NCBI GenBank assembly: GCA_030704615.1
Contig: CM060731.1
Location: 77,748,001 to 77,812,000 of the forward strand
Origin: Takakia lepidozioides
Lineage: Eukaryota; Plantae; Bryophyta
Reading direction: 5' to 3'
Length of the DNA: 64,000 bases
Below are positions 46,594 to 59,300 of this stretch, one piece after another. The notes beneath the pieces were generated by a model that did no database searches, was not told where the DNA came from, and saw nothing but the letters and a program-made list of their open reading frames with translations. The stretch's first letter is position 1. Each line of letters opens with the position of its first letter. Made by a program: the position numbers and the translations under genes.

Positions 46594-49500
46594 CTGATGT
46601 ACTGATAGATGGAGGTTCTGGAGTAAATATCATGACAGACCAATTAAGAAAGAAGCTTGGTCTAAGTAACATGAAACCAGCCCCATTTACAGTAACAATG
46701 GCAGATCAAAGAAGTGTACAGCCATTGGGATTAATAAGAGGAGTTAAGATACAGATACAGAAGATGATCTTTATGATCACAGTAAATGTGTTGAAGATGG
46801 ATGAAGTCATGGAGGCTTACTCCTTATTATTGGGACGTCCGTGGCTGAAACAGGCCAGGGTATTCCATGACTGGAACTCTCAGTTACTAACCGTGCATAA
46901 TGGGATACACGAGATACAAATTACCACAAAGAAATCTAGTAGATTACCTGCTACGAGAAGACCTCGAGGAGTCAGAGAGTATGACTGGAAAGGAGGACTG
47001 GATGAGGAGCAGGAAGCTACCCTATTTGTTGCACACCCAGAGTGGGAGCAGGTTGCAGAGATGCGGCTGGAAAGCCTAAGTTGTTTAAGAGGTATCTGTT
47101 GTGGTGTAGTGACAGCAACACCAACTGAAGAGGAAACCAGCAGTTACCCATCACATTTCTATGAAGAAAGAGAAGGAGAAATGGAAATCCTAGAGGAACC
47201 AGCCACTGTGAGCTTACAGGATGAAGTGGTGACTGGTTGGACAATTACAGCTGATGAGCAGGTGAGGGAAGTGAATGTGGGAACTAAAGAGGAACCGAGG
47301 ATGGTGAAAGTAGGAGCTGATTTGGAGCCGGAATTCTTTGAAGAAGCTAGAAGCTTGTTCATCAAATACAGAGATGTATTTGCTTGGAGCTATAAGGATC
47401 TAAAAGGGATACCACCTGAAAGTCTGTCAGCATAAGATTGAACTAGAACCAGGGTCAGTACCAATCAAGCAGGCGAGGTACAAAATGAATCCCAACTACG
47501 CACAGAAGGTTGGAGAAGAGATCAAGAAGTTGGCTGAGGCTAAGTTTATATACCCAATAGAGTATACAACTTGGTTGTCACCCATTGTTATAGTTCCCAA
47601 GAAGAATGGTAAACTAAGAGTATGTGTGAACTACAAGAAGCTGAATGCTTGTACGAAGAAAGATCCTTTCCCTTTGCCATTCACAGAAGCAGTATTGGAC
47701 ACTGTGGCAGGCCATGAGATGTACTCATTCATGGATGGCTTCAGTGGTTATAATCAAGTGCAAGTGGTAGAAGAAGACCAAGGAAAGACAGCTTTCATCA
47801 CAGACTGGGGTGCTTATGCATACAAAGTCATGCCCTTTGGACTTTGTAATGCACCAGCAACCTTTCAGAGAGTAATAAGTGAATCTTTTCATGAGTATCT
47901 GGATGATTTTCATGCAAGTGTTCTTGGATGATTTCAGTGTGTACAGCTCTAAGAATGAGCACTTGCATAAATTGGAGTTATGTCTGGCCAGATGCAGGAT
48001 GAGAGATCTGGGCCTGAATCCAGAGAAGTGTACTTTCTGTGTGAACTCAGGGGTGCTTCTGGGACACATTGTGTGTAAGAAGGGACTTCTTGTGGATCCC
48101 AAGAAGACAGAGGCCATTAAAGCCTCTCCACCACCAGTGAATGTTAGGAGTTTAAGGAGATTCCTTGGGCAAACCAGTTATTACAGAAGATTTGTCAAAA
48201 GGTATGCACAAATAGCAGCACCATTGAGCAAGCTTCTGAAGAAAGATGCAGTGTTTGCCTGGACAGCTGAATGTCAATAGGCGTTTGAGAAACTTACACT
48301 GTCAGTAACAACTACACCTGTGCTGATTAACCCTCACTGGCATGTAGTATTTCATGTTCACTGCGATGCATCAGGAGAAGCGTTGGAGCGGTGTTAGCCC
48401 AGAATGTTACAGGAAATATAGATTCACCTGTGTACTATGCTAGCAGGTTGATGAACAGTGCTGAAAGGAACTATAGCACAACTGAAAGAGAAGCACTGGC
48501 AATGATTTATGCAGTCAAGAAAATCAGGCATTACCTATTGGGAAGAAAGTTTATGTTTTATGTGGATCACCAGGCTCTGATATATCTGGTGAACAAACCT
48601 TTGATAAGTGGAAGGATAGCGAGGTGGTTAATAATCTTGCATGAGTTTGAGTTCGAGGTTATTTACAGGCCTGGCCGTTTGCATCTTGTAGCAGATCATT
48701 TGTCACGACTAACAACAGGAGAGGCCGCCACAGGAGTGGACGATCAGTTACCTGATGCGAGTTTATTTATAATGGAGGTGCAAGGAAGTGCAGATGAATG
48801 GTTAGATTGGCAATGGCCAATCAGATACTACCTTACTCATGGTCAATGCCCACATAGTTATGGTAAGGAGCAGAGGAAGAGAATCGCTATCAAAGCTTTA
48901 CCTTATACTATGGTAGGAAGCAGAATGTATAAGCTAGGACCTGATGGAGTACTAAAACGATGCTTGTACCACCATGAAGTAAATAAAGTTTTGGAGGAAG
49001 TTCATAAAGGAGTGGCTGGAGGTCATTTTGGAGAAGAGACTACCAGTAGGAAGTTACTGGTGGCCTACTTTGTTCAAAGATGTACACGAGTATTGTCAGA
49101 GTTGTGATGAATGTCAGAGGCTAGGACCTTTGCAGAGATCTGGAAGGATGGCCTTGCATCCTACAATGCCTACGGAACCATTTCAGAAATGGGGACTAGA
49201 CTTTGTTGGACCGATTAACCCACCAGCCAAGAATACACGGAACAGGTACATAATTACAGCCACTGATTATACTACGAAGTGGGTGGAAGCTAAAGCTTTG
49301 AGGGACAACACAGCCAAGTCCACAGCAAGGTTCCTGTATGAGAACATACTTACACGATTTGGCTGTCCCTTAGAATTTATCAGTGATCAGGGAAGTCACT
49401 TCATTAATGAGACCATTGAATTATTGACTAAAGAATTCATGATTGTGCATAGGAAGAGTACAACATATTACCCACAGGGTAATGGACAGGCAGAGGCTAC

Positions 49501-50040
49501 CAACAAAATACTATGTACTATCTTGGCTAAGATAGTCAATGCAAACAGAACGGATTGGGATACAAAGCTGTTGACAGCTTTGTGGTCATACAGGACTTCA
49601 TATAAAGTCACCACTAAGTATACACCATTCCAATTAGTTTACGGTATGGAAGCCTTACTTCCAGTGGAATTCCTATTATCTACCATGAGAACGGAATGAG
49701 GAAAGAGAATGGAATTGAAAGATTCCATTAAGGTCAGGAAGCATGAATTATACCATGTGGAAGAAGTACGTGCTGATGCAGCTGATAATATGACCAGAAT
49801 TCAGATGAAAAGGAAGGAACAGTTTGATGAAGACAAGTTAAAGACTTTTAAGACGGGAGATTTGGTTCTATGGTTGCAGAAGAAAGGAAAGATTAAAGCT
49901 TCTAAGCTTAAATCACCATGGAAAGGACCTTATGTCATACAAAAGATGTATGATAACAACACCGTCATGTTACAAACCATTAACAAAGAGATGTTGGGAA
50001 GAGTCAATGCTAATAAGTTGAAGGGGTACAGTGGTATCCA
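46590..50040 (+). pseudogene. pol: protease, RT, RNase H, integrase (frameshifts and stops)
   Basis: LIDGGSGVNI, LLLGRPWL; WLSPIVIVPKKNGKLRVC, DGFSGYNQ, MPFGLCNAP, FLDD; CDASG, YYASR, EREALA; GGHF, CDEC, WGLDFVGP, SDQGSHF, YYPQGNGQAE, WKGPY. Confidence 0.95.
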
Positions 50041-50176
50041 TGACAAACCATTGCGGCATGATTTACATGATGAAACGCAAGAGCAGTCATGGGCTGCGCC
50101 AGTGTTACCAACGGAGTATGGAGCACTTGTCGCTAGGCCGAGCATATATGACCAGGGCGGGCAAAGCAGGCGCAAT

Positions 50177-50385
50177 ACAGCCAATCACAGCCCATCAAGG
50201 CGCGACACAGCCTATCACAGCCCATCACGACGAGACACAGCCTATCACAGCCCATCAAAGCGCGACACAGCCTATCACAACCTACCACATCGTGTCACAG
50301 CCTATCACAGCTCACCACAGTGCATCACAGCCTATCACGGCATACCACAGTATGACACAGCCTATCACATCTCAACACAGCCTAC
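50177..50385 (+). repeat. Internal 30-nt-period acagcctatcacag minisatellite related to the LTR repeat
   Basis: About 7 units, directly visible. Confidence 0.85.
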
Positions 50386-50878
50386 TAGGGTTACACAATC
50401 CATAGAATCAGTGACAGGTGGACGCAGGATAACTTCAGGGAAATGGCCGGCGAAAGAAAGGACGGAAGCCAGTTTAAAAATGGACATGTGGAAGTCAGGG
50501 CGCGACACACAGCTGAGAAGGAAGTGCAAGAACAGGTGTCATCAAGAAAGAGGACAAGAATGGCCGTCAAAATACCTAATCAGCGCGTCAAATTGGATAA
50601 AAGGCGGGCCCATTAATGAATACGGAAAAAAGGGAACGGAACAAACGGCAAGTACAGAAAAGCGAAATTCTTGTCACATGTGTGATCCTAGTGGACTATC
50701 CAGCAGGGAAAGTCCACTAAAGAAAATGAAATCTAAAATCCAGTCACAGCGGTTACAGCCAATAGAAAGCCAGAGAAAGGATCAAGAAATTGGAGGGAAA
50801 TTAAGCGCAAGAGGCGGCGTCGTTCTGAGTAACGGGCGTCTCGACGGGACAAACCATCAATGCTATAGCTTTGAAGCT

Positions 50879-53800
50879 ATGGAGGAACTAACAGACTATA
50901 CGCTCGCAATATTACTTACGCAGTGGCATAGGGACGAAACAACAGAGCAGATCTTTTCTCTTGAGCGATGCTTGCAAGCCCCGCAGGCTTACAAGAAATT
51001 ACCCATAGCTTTTTGTGGCAACCATACGTTTATGCTTTGTGCACTACAGGCATTTCTTCAGTTGTTACAGCCAAAACATTTCTGTGGGTCTAGAATGAAG
51101 AGAGTGAGAGGAATGGAGGAAATCAGGGTGAAGAGCACCACAATTCTGCAGAAACAAACGATTGCTACCCCACAGGCGATACAGATACTGAAGGAGCTGA
51201 GATTGCAAGGATTGCAAAGCAAAGATGGACATTGCACCATAGACAGTACATGTTACAATTCTTGCAGAACTTTGAGCCAAGGACAGGAGCAACAACGGTG
51301 AAGGGAGTTGAATTAGTAATTACTCCCCTATACCTCCAACAATTGTTTCGATTGCCAGCAGGCCAGGTGCATGTGGAGGAGCACAGGGCAAGACTGCAAA
51401 TAGGGGACTTATTCCAAGAAGGGAGTTTTTCTTTAAAACTCAGGGTTATGCTTGTACGAAGGCCGTGTACCCAGGGCTAAAGGAGGTAGGCCAGGTATTG
51501 AACGTTCTGTTTGCCATGAAACAGAACCAACAGTATTTGAGCAGATCCTTCACAGAGGAAATACTCAAAGCCCTGAGAGGAGAAGAGGTAGAATGGGCGG
51601 ACATAATATACAACGCACTGGTAGAGGAGATGAAAAGATTACAGGGTACTGCCGCAAAGTCTCCTATCATAGTGTCTGGCCCAATCATTGCTCAAATAAT
51701 TCTTGATTCTGGCATACTTGATGCACAAGAAAGAAAGGAGATGGGAGTGTTTGAGCCAGAAACCACTGCAATGGAAGAGCAAGGCTCTTCACACAGTGAG
51801 GGTGGACTAGCAGGGCAACCCGAGATTAAGAGGCAGAGACGGGGAAAGACTGTAGTGGCGGATCCACTGGCTTCACGGATTCCGCATGATAATGTTTCCC
51901 AAGCTCATGTGCAGGAAGGGGCACAGCAGCACAGAGAACTGCTATTACTGGAAGCATGACCTTCAGAGAGGGAAGAAGAAGTTACTTCAGTATCACAGCC
52001 CTCACAGCCAGAGGTTCGGCTTGTCACAAGGTTACCACAAGTTGTCGATGCAGTTCAACCAGAAATAATTGATTTAGAAAAAGAAGGGTTAGATATTCCC
52101 ACTACAGAACAGGTGGTGGCAGAAATTGAGAAGGGGGACCTTCTCTATGAATATTCTGGTCTGGTCAAGGAGACAGAGATTCCAGAGGGGCAACAGTTAC
52201 CCAATGGAAATACTAAGGTGCATATAATACACACACCTGTGCAGGAGGTACCACAAGTAGAATGTCAAGACACTGCAGCACCGGTGATAGATGAAGTGGT
52301 TCAGGAAGAAAATCTGGTGGGACAATGGCCTGAGTGGTTCGTGAGACATCACACTGTGCAGGAGGTACCACAGGTAGAATGTCAAGACATTGCAGCATCG
52401 GTGATAGATGAAGTGGTTCAAGAAGAAAATTTGGTGGGACAATGGCCTGAGTGGTTCGTGAGACATCACACTGTTGAGGATCAGGAGGAACAGCAGCAAC
52501 CTCACCATGATGACCCTCAACAGGCAATGCTGATGAGTTCCATAGGCAGGACACTTAATTTGTTGGGGACTTATGTCAAATCCCATGTTCCAACTACCCA
52601 ATTGACAGCCTTGAGAGAGGAACTCAGGAAGGAGTTTGAGGCTCGACTAGCCACTGAGTGTGCAAACAAGGAGTTGCAGACAGTGCATGAAAAGATGGCG
52701 ATACAATGTGCTACATTCACAACTATGCTTGACCAATCTACAAAAGAAAGAAACAGTCAAGCGGAAAAATGTACAAAGACAGAAGCAGAGAATGTTGAGC
52801 AAATGAACCTCATTGTCGATATGAAGAATACAATCTGTCGCAATGAGGATACTTTCAAGCAATACAAGCAGATTGAAGCTGATCAAGAGAAGCACATCCT
52901 GGAGTTGCAACAAACGATCATGGCCAATAGAAATGAAATCTCGGTCACTAACAAGGCTTGGAAGGAAGCCAATAATCTACTTGCTGCCTATGCGAATTTG
53001 GTTGAACCTCATGCGAAGCGCATTGAGGCTTTACAATAGCAATTAGATGTGTACAAACTAAGAGAGGAGCACACTCTCAGAGGAACCACAAGCAACTTGG
53101 TGGATAACCACCTTATGCAGGTCTGGTTAGCACAAGGCCCAGTGGAGGGCAAAGCACCACGAAAACTCACCCAAAGCGAGATGAATGAGCTCAGACTGCA
53201 AGTGCAAAACATTGCCACAATACTATAGACAATGTCTATAGTAGAATAGCGGAGTTACAGGAGGATGTAGACGGACCGCAGACTCAAGTGGAAGACCTCA
53301 CTTCAAATATCGACAAAAGAGCCTATATACCTGAGGAACAGTTAATGGCTTCTTATTTACAAGCCAGAACTTTGGCTTTTCAGTCTTCTTCACAGGAGGT
53401 GCAGGAGATGCCAATGATACAAGAGCCAGTACCACCAACACCACAACAAGTCACTGTACCAGTAGCTGAACCTGTTGTTACTACAACCACACCACAGCCA
53501 CCACAGCCTGAGGTATGGGGCAATGCTGCTTTTAACCCACCTAAAACTTCAGCTGCAAGGGAGTACAGTATGGCTATGATTATGCCCTTCAACCAAATTC
53601 CCATCATGTTGGATTTGGCTTGGAAAGAATTTAGTCCTCCGCAGTCATTCGCACGTTACTACCAAATCATGCGCATTTGGCTGCCATTCGCAACTAGGAC
53701 TAAAGTTCTTCCGAACAATCGACCAATTGAGGATCATCACTTTGCACAATACTGGCATGAGGCAAGTACAATGTTGAAGGAATTAATTGTCTTCCAAGTT

Positions 53801-54574
53801 GTACATGGATTCATTTATACTAAGACCAAGGAGGTAGCAAGTATTGTCATGGGATGCGGGTTATACTACGCTGCTTGTTTTCTGGTACGTTATCACATTG
53901 AGCAGCACAAGATGTAATCGCGCTTTCTGAGTTATTCCAGTGGGGATCATTGGGTCTTACCTTCAGTGCCACCTCATATGTACCTATATGAGGCAAAAGT
54001 TATGATGCAAAAGGATTCTCAAATTCGTTCATGGTTTCAAGCGGCCTGGAACAATTTGTCAACACAGAAATTCGGCATTGATGATATTTTCTATAAGGGA
54101 CATGTGGCATGGAAATACTTGCACGGTGCACAAGTAATTGGTACCCCACTCACCTGGACAGACAAGGAGCTCAGTGTCTTCACCAATTTTGTTCAGCGTT
54201 TACAGCAAGTTTTAAAATATAAACTTCCAGACATGGTAGGACAACATTGTATGCCCCAGAGGATTCCACAAAAAGTTCGACAATTAAAACACCTGAGAGG
54301 CGATGAGGATTCTGATACAACTGTTTCTTCAGCGGATTCTTTTGACATGGGAGAAGACTATGCAATTCAGATGGCAGAGAAGAAGCGACGGGGGTCTCCT
54401 ATGCCTGAAAGGTTACCTCGATATCAGCCTCCAGAGGGCCTCACTTATCCGGGTAGTGTTCAATCATCTCCGTCAACCAGTGACAGACCTCGGGCTCGTA
54501 CACACAGTGCGCCACGAAACTGTCAACGTCAGAAAGGTGCTTGCTCACAAAGGTTTGCCAATCCCAATCAATAA
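50879..54574 (+). pseudogene. Long 3' accessory ORF (~1200 codons reconstructed): Athila-ORF/Transposase_32-like N-terminus, coiled coil, unknown C-terminal domain
   Basis: FLQNFEPRTGATTVKGVELVITPLYLQQLFRLP, GEEVEWADIIYNAL, heptad-rich region. Stops and frameshifts mostly differ from those in the second copy (57328-61043). Confidence 0.75.
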
Positions 54575-54612
54575 ACCGTGAGGACACGGCTTTTTGAGAG
54601 AGGAAGGGGTAA

Positions 54613-55679
54613 TGTTAGAGGACTGTTTGGGACTTAGACACTTATACGGGATCTGTGGGGTACCCTTAGTTTTTGCACAGACTGAGACCAACAGGAGCCT
54701 TAGGGGTGACAGCAGCACACTTTAGAGGGGGGTTACACAGCCGTCACAGCCAACACAGCCCGTCACAGCTTCGCACAGCCCGACACATCCGTCACAGCTT
54801 CGCACAGTCCGACACAGCCCGACACAACCACACAGCTTCGCACAGCCCGACACAGCCCGACATAGCAACACAGCCAGTCACAGCCCGACACAGCCCGACA
54901 CAGCCACACAGCCAGTCACAGCCCGACACAGCCCAACACAGTCGCACAGCCAGTCACAGCCCGTCACAGTTTCACACAGCCAGTCACAGCTTGACACAGC
55001 TGTCACAACCATAGAGAACGGATAGCAGGACAAGGAACGACTGAGGGGAACAACATCTACGAATGGAACATGTAGTTCAAGGGTGACGGTTAGTGAGGGT
55101 GACGGTTAGTGAGGGAAACGGTTAGAACAACGGGTAGGAAAATAAAGCGAGGAGCGAGGACAGGAGGGGGATGACTTCTTGACATGACTAGGTCAGGGGA
55201 CTTCGGAGAGCACGGGGGGGGGGAAATGAGGCAGGGAGTGTATCTCTGAGCAGAAAGAGGGAGAGCACGGAGTAGGAGAAGTGACGATCTGTTGTTACTT
55301 GATGAATGCAAGCTATAGAATTGTAATGTAGAGTAGATTTGAGACACCATGGCTTCAGCCTGATACTTGATAGATATTAATCTGATACACACTTCATACT
55401 CACACTGTGTAGAGAGATCTGAGTGAAGCTGTGGAATGAATGGATGAGTTGATGGAATCCGATAGATTGATGAAGCAAACTGATACTTAATTATCAATAG
55501 TAAGGTAGCTAACATGAATGCGGAAATGAAAACAAATAGGAAACACCCCCATGATACACTAGCTGTAGGTCATGACTGATTGTTCTGAGCGGGCTGAGTA
55601 CTTAGAGATTTCCAACTCTTCTATCTTGGAGTTTCCGCCTCGGATAGCGAAGGGATGGGTGAGTAAAAGCCGCGCGACA
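54613..55679 (+). repeat. 3' LTR, with a longer minisatellite than the 5' LTR
   Basis: Repeat of 42489-43442; preceded by the PPT, followed by the TSD. Confidence 0.95.
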
Positions 55680-56111
55680 AGGAGTACGAACGTAAGTTCT
55701 GCTGCAATAATTTTTGTTTTCCAGCCTACATGTTCTTGTTGGATATTAATTGAAGTGCTTTCAATGTTGCTGCAATACCATAATAAAGTGGAGGCTGCAG
55801 AATGCAGTTGGCCTTGCTTGGTGCTGACAGAATCCATTGCAATGTGGAGATGGCTGATTATAGCATTTCCAGAGGATGGTGTGGATGGCCTTGCGTGGTG
55901 CATGCAGAGTCCGTGGCAATGTGGAGATGGCTGAATGGGCAAAGGAGGCAAGTGGCAAAGAAGCCACGTCACTGATACATAGTTGTGTGCGACATACTAC
56001 AAGAAACTGTACTATATGTCATTCCAGAGACTGTCATTGTTGGTCCATGTGTTTTACAACAATGCTATCAATATAAGACTTCTGGTTCGCATTGGAAGCT
56101 CAATCCTTGTA

Positions 56112-56312
56112 AGTTCATTGTGTGTGAAGTTCAAACTTGTGATTTGAAGGATCTTGTAGCCAAGTTCATTCAACCGGAAAGGAAAAATTCTGAAAGCTCC
56201 CAAATTTGATGTGGGCAAGCTTATAGAGGTAAAACTCAGCTTCCCTCCTCTAATGTAAGTGCTGTATAAGTTTCATTTAGTGTCGACCTTCACTGCATAT
56301 ATTGGCTCTTTT
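56112..56312 (+). pseudogene. RPS3A: Second RPS3a fragment including the same intron start
   Basis: EVQTCDLKDLVAKFI, KAPKFDVGKLIE|gtaaaactc..cttccctcctctaat, homologous to ~42070-42325. Confidence 0.8.
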
Positions 56313-59300
56313 TGTCGCGCGGCTTTTACTCACCCATCCCTTCGCTACCCGAGGCGGAAACTCCAAGATAGAAGAGTTGGAAATCTCTAAGCACTCAGCC
56401 CGCTCAGAACAATCAGTCATGACCTACAGCTAGTGTATCATGGGGGTGTTTCATATTTGTTTTCCTTCCCGCATTCATGTTAGCTAGTTACCTTACTGTT
56501 GGTAATTAAGTATCAGTCTGCTTCAGCAATCTATCGGATTCCATCAACTCATCCATTCATTCCACAGCTTCACTCAGATCTCTCTACACAGTGTGAGTAT
56601 GAAGTATGTATCCTACTCCGTGCTCTCCCTCTTTCTGCTCAGAGATGCGCTCTCTGCCTCATTTCCCCCAGTGATGTCCGAAGTCCCCCCAAGAAGTGCT
56701 CCCCCAGAATTGATCCTTTTCTAGTCCTCGCTCCTGGCTTTATCTTCCTACCCGTTGTTCTAACCGTTTCCCTCACTAACCGTCATCCGTGAACTAACAT
56801 GTTTCATTCACAGATGTTGTTCCCCACAGTCGTTCCCTATCCTGCTATCCGTTCCCTATGGTCGTGACAGCTGTGTCAAGCTGTGACTGGCTGTGTGAAA
56901 CTGTGACCGGCTGTGACCGGCTGTGTCGGGCTGTGACTGGCTGTGCGACTGTGTTGGGCTGTGACGGGCTGTGTTGACTATGACTGGCTGTGTTGGACTG
57001 TGACGGGCTGTGTTGACTGTGACTGGCTGTGTTGGCTGTGTCGGCTGTGACGGCTGTGTCTGGCTGTGTCGGCTGTGTCGGACTGTGACGGGCTGTGTTG
57101 GCTGTGACGGGCTGTGTTGGACTGTGACGAGCTGTGTTGGCTGTGATGGGTTGTGTTGGACTGTGATGAGCTGTGTAACCCCCCCTAAAGTGCGCTGCTG
57201 TCACCCCTAAGGCTCTTGTTGGTCTCAGTCTGTGTAAAAATTTAAGGGTACCCCGTAAAAATGTCTAAGTCCCAGACAGTCCTCTAACATTACCCCTTCC
57301 CCTCTCAAAAAGCCGTGTCCTCATGGTTTATTGTTTGGGATTTGTAAACCTTTGTGAGCAAGCACCCTTGTGACGTTGAGAGTTTCGTGAAGGACTCCGT
57401 GTGCGAGCCCGTGTTCTGTCACTGGTTGAGGGAGATGATTGAACACTACCTGGATATGTCAGTCCCTTTGGAGGCTGATATCGAGGTAATCTTTCAGGCA
57501 TAGGAGACCCCCGTCGCTTCTTCTCTGCCATCTGCATTGCATAGTCCTCTGCCATGTCAAAAGAGTCCGCTGAAGAAACAGTTGTATCAGAATCCTCGTC
57601 CCCCCTGAGGTGTTTTAACTGTCGAACTTTAACTGGAATTCTCTGGGGCATACAATGTTGTCCCACCATGTCTGGAAGTTTAAATTATAAAACTTGTTGT
57701 CAGCGCTAAATTGCAAAATTGGTGAAGACCCTGAGCTCCTTGTCTGTCCAGGTGAGTGGTGTACCAATGACTTGTGAATTGTGCAAATATTTCCATGCCT
57801 CATGTCCCTTAAAGAAAATATCGTCAGGCCCGAATTTCTGTGTTGACAAATTGTTCCAGGCCGCATGAAACCATGAACGAATCTGAGAATCCTTTTGCAT
57901 CATAACTTTTGCCTCATATGGGTACATATGAGGTGGCACTGAAGGTAAGACCCAATGATCCCTACTGGAATAATTCAGAAAGCGCGTTTGCATCTTCTGT
58001 TGCTCAATGTGATAACGTACCAGAAAACAAGCAGCGTAGTATAACCCGCAGCCCATGACAATACTTGCTATCTCTTTGGTCTTGGTATAAATGAATCCAT
58101 GTACAACTTGGAAGGCAATTAATTCCTTCAACATGGTACTTGCCTCATGCCAGTACTGCGCAAAGTGATGATCCTCAATTGGTCGATTGTTCGGAAGAAC
58201 TTTAGTCCTAGTGGCCACTGGCAGCCAAATGCGCATGATTTGATAGTAATGTGCCAATGACTGCGGAGAACTAAATTCTTTCCAAGCCAAATCCAACACA
58301 ATGGGAATTTGGTTGAAGGGCATAATCATAGCCCAACTGTACTCCCGTGCAGCTGGAGTTTTAGGTGGGTTAAAAGCAGCATTCCCCCATACCTCGGGCT
58401 GTGGTGGTTGTGGTGTGGCTGTAGTAACAACAGGGTCAGCTACTGGCACAGTGACTTGTTGTGGTGTTGGTGGCACTGGTTCTTGTACCATTGGCATCTC
58501 CTGCACCCCCTGTGAAGAAGACTGAAAAGCTAAAGTTCTCGCTTGTAAATAAGAAGCCATTAGCTGTTCCTCAGGTATACAGACTCTTTTGTCGATATTT
58601 GAAGTGAGGTCTTCCACTTGAGTCTGCAGGCCATCTACATCCTCCTGTAACTCTGCTATCCCACTATAGACATTGTCGATAGTAGTTGTGGCAATGTTCT
58701 GCACTTGCAGTCTGAGCTCATTCATCTCGCTTTGGGTGAGCTTTCTTGGTGCTTTGCCCTCTATCGGCCCTTGTGTTAACCAGACCTGCATAAGGTGGTT
58801 ATCCACCAAGTTGCTTGTGGCACCCCTTAGAGTTTTTTCCTCTGTGAGCCTGTACACATCTATCTGCTGCTGTAAAGCCTCCATGCGCTTTGCATGAGGT
58901 TCAACCAAACTCGCATAGGCAGCAGCCAGATTATTGGCTTCCTTCCAAGCCTTGTTAGCCACAGAGAGTTCATTTCTATTGGACATGAGTGTTTGTTGCA
59001 ACTCAAGGATGTACCTCTCTTGGTCAGCTTCAACCTGCTTGTATTGCTTGAAAGTACTCTCATTGCGACAGATTGTATTCTTCATATCGACAATCAGTTT
59101 CACTTGTTCAACATTCTCTGCCTCTGCCTTCGTACATCTTTCCGCTTGACTGTTTATTTCTATTGTACTTTGGTCAAGCATAGTTGTGAGTGTAGCGCAT
59201 TGTATGGCCATTTTCATGCTTCACCTGCATTTGGTATAGCTATTGTTTATGTGCTTCGTGCAACTGGTCTTGCGCGAGGCCTGCCTCAATTAATTGTTCC

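Larger units (their letters stand above)
42489..55679 (+). mobile_element. Full-length 13.2 kb non-chromoviral Ty3/Gypsy (Athila/Phygy/Selgy-like) with extra 5' and 3' ORFs
   Basis: LTRs 42489-43442 and 54613-55679 (TG..CA). TSD AGGAG at 42484-42488 and 55680-55684. PBS TGGCGACCATACTGGGGA (tRNA-Arg-like) at 43445. PPT GAGAGAGGAAGGGG at ~54596-54609. Confidence 0.97.
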
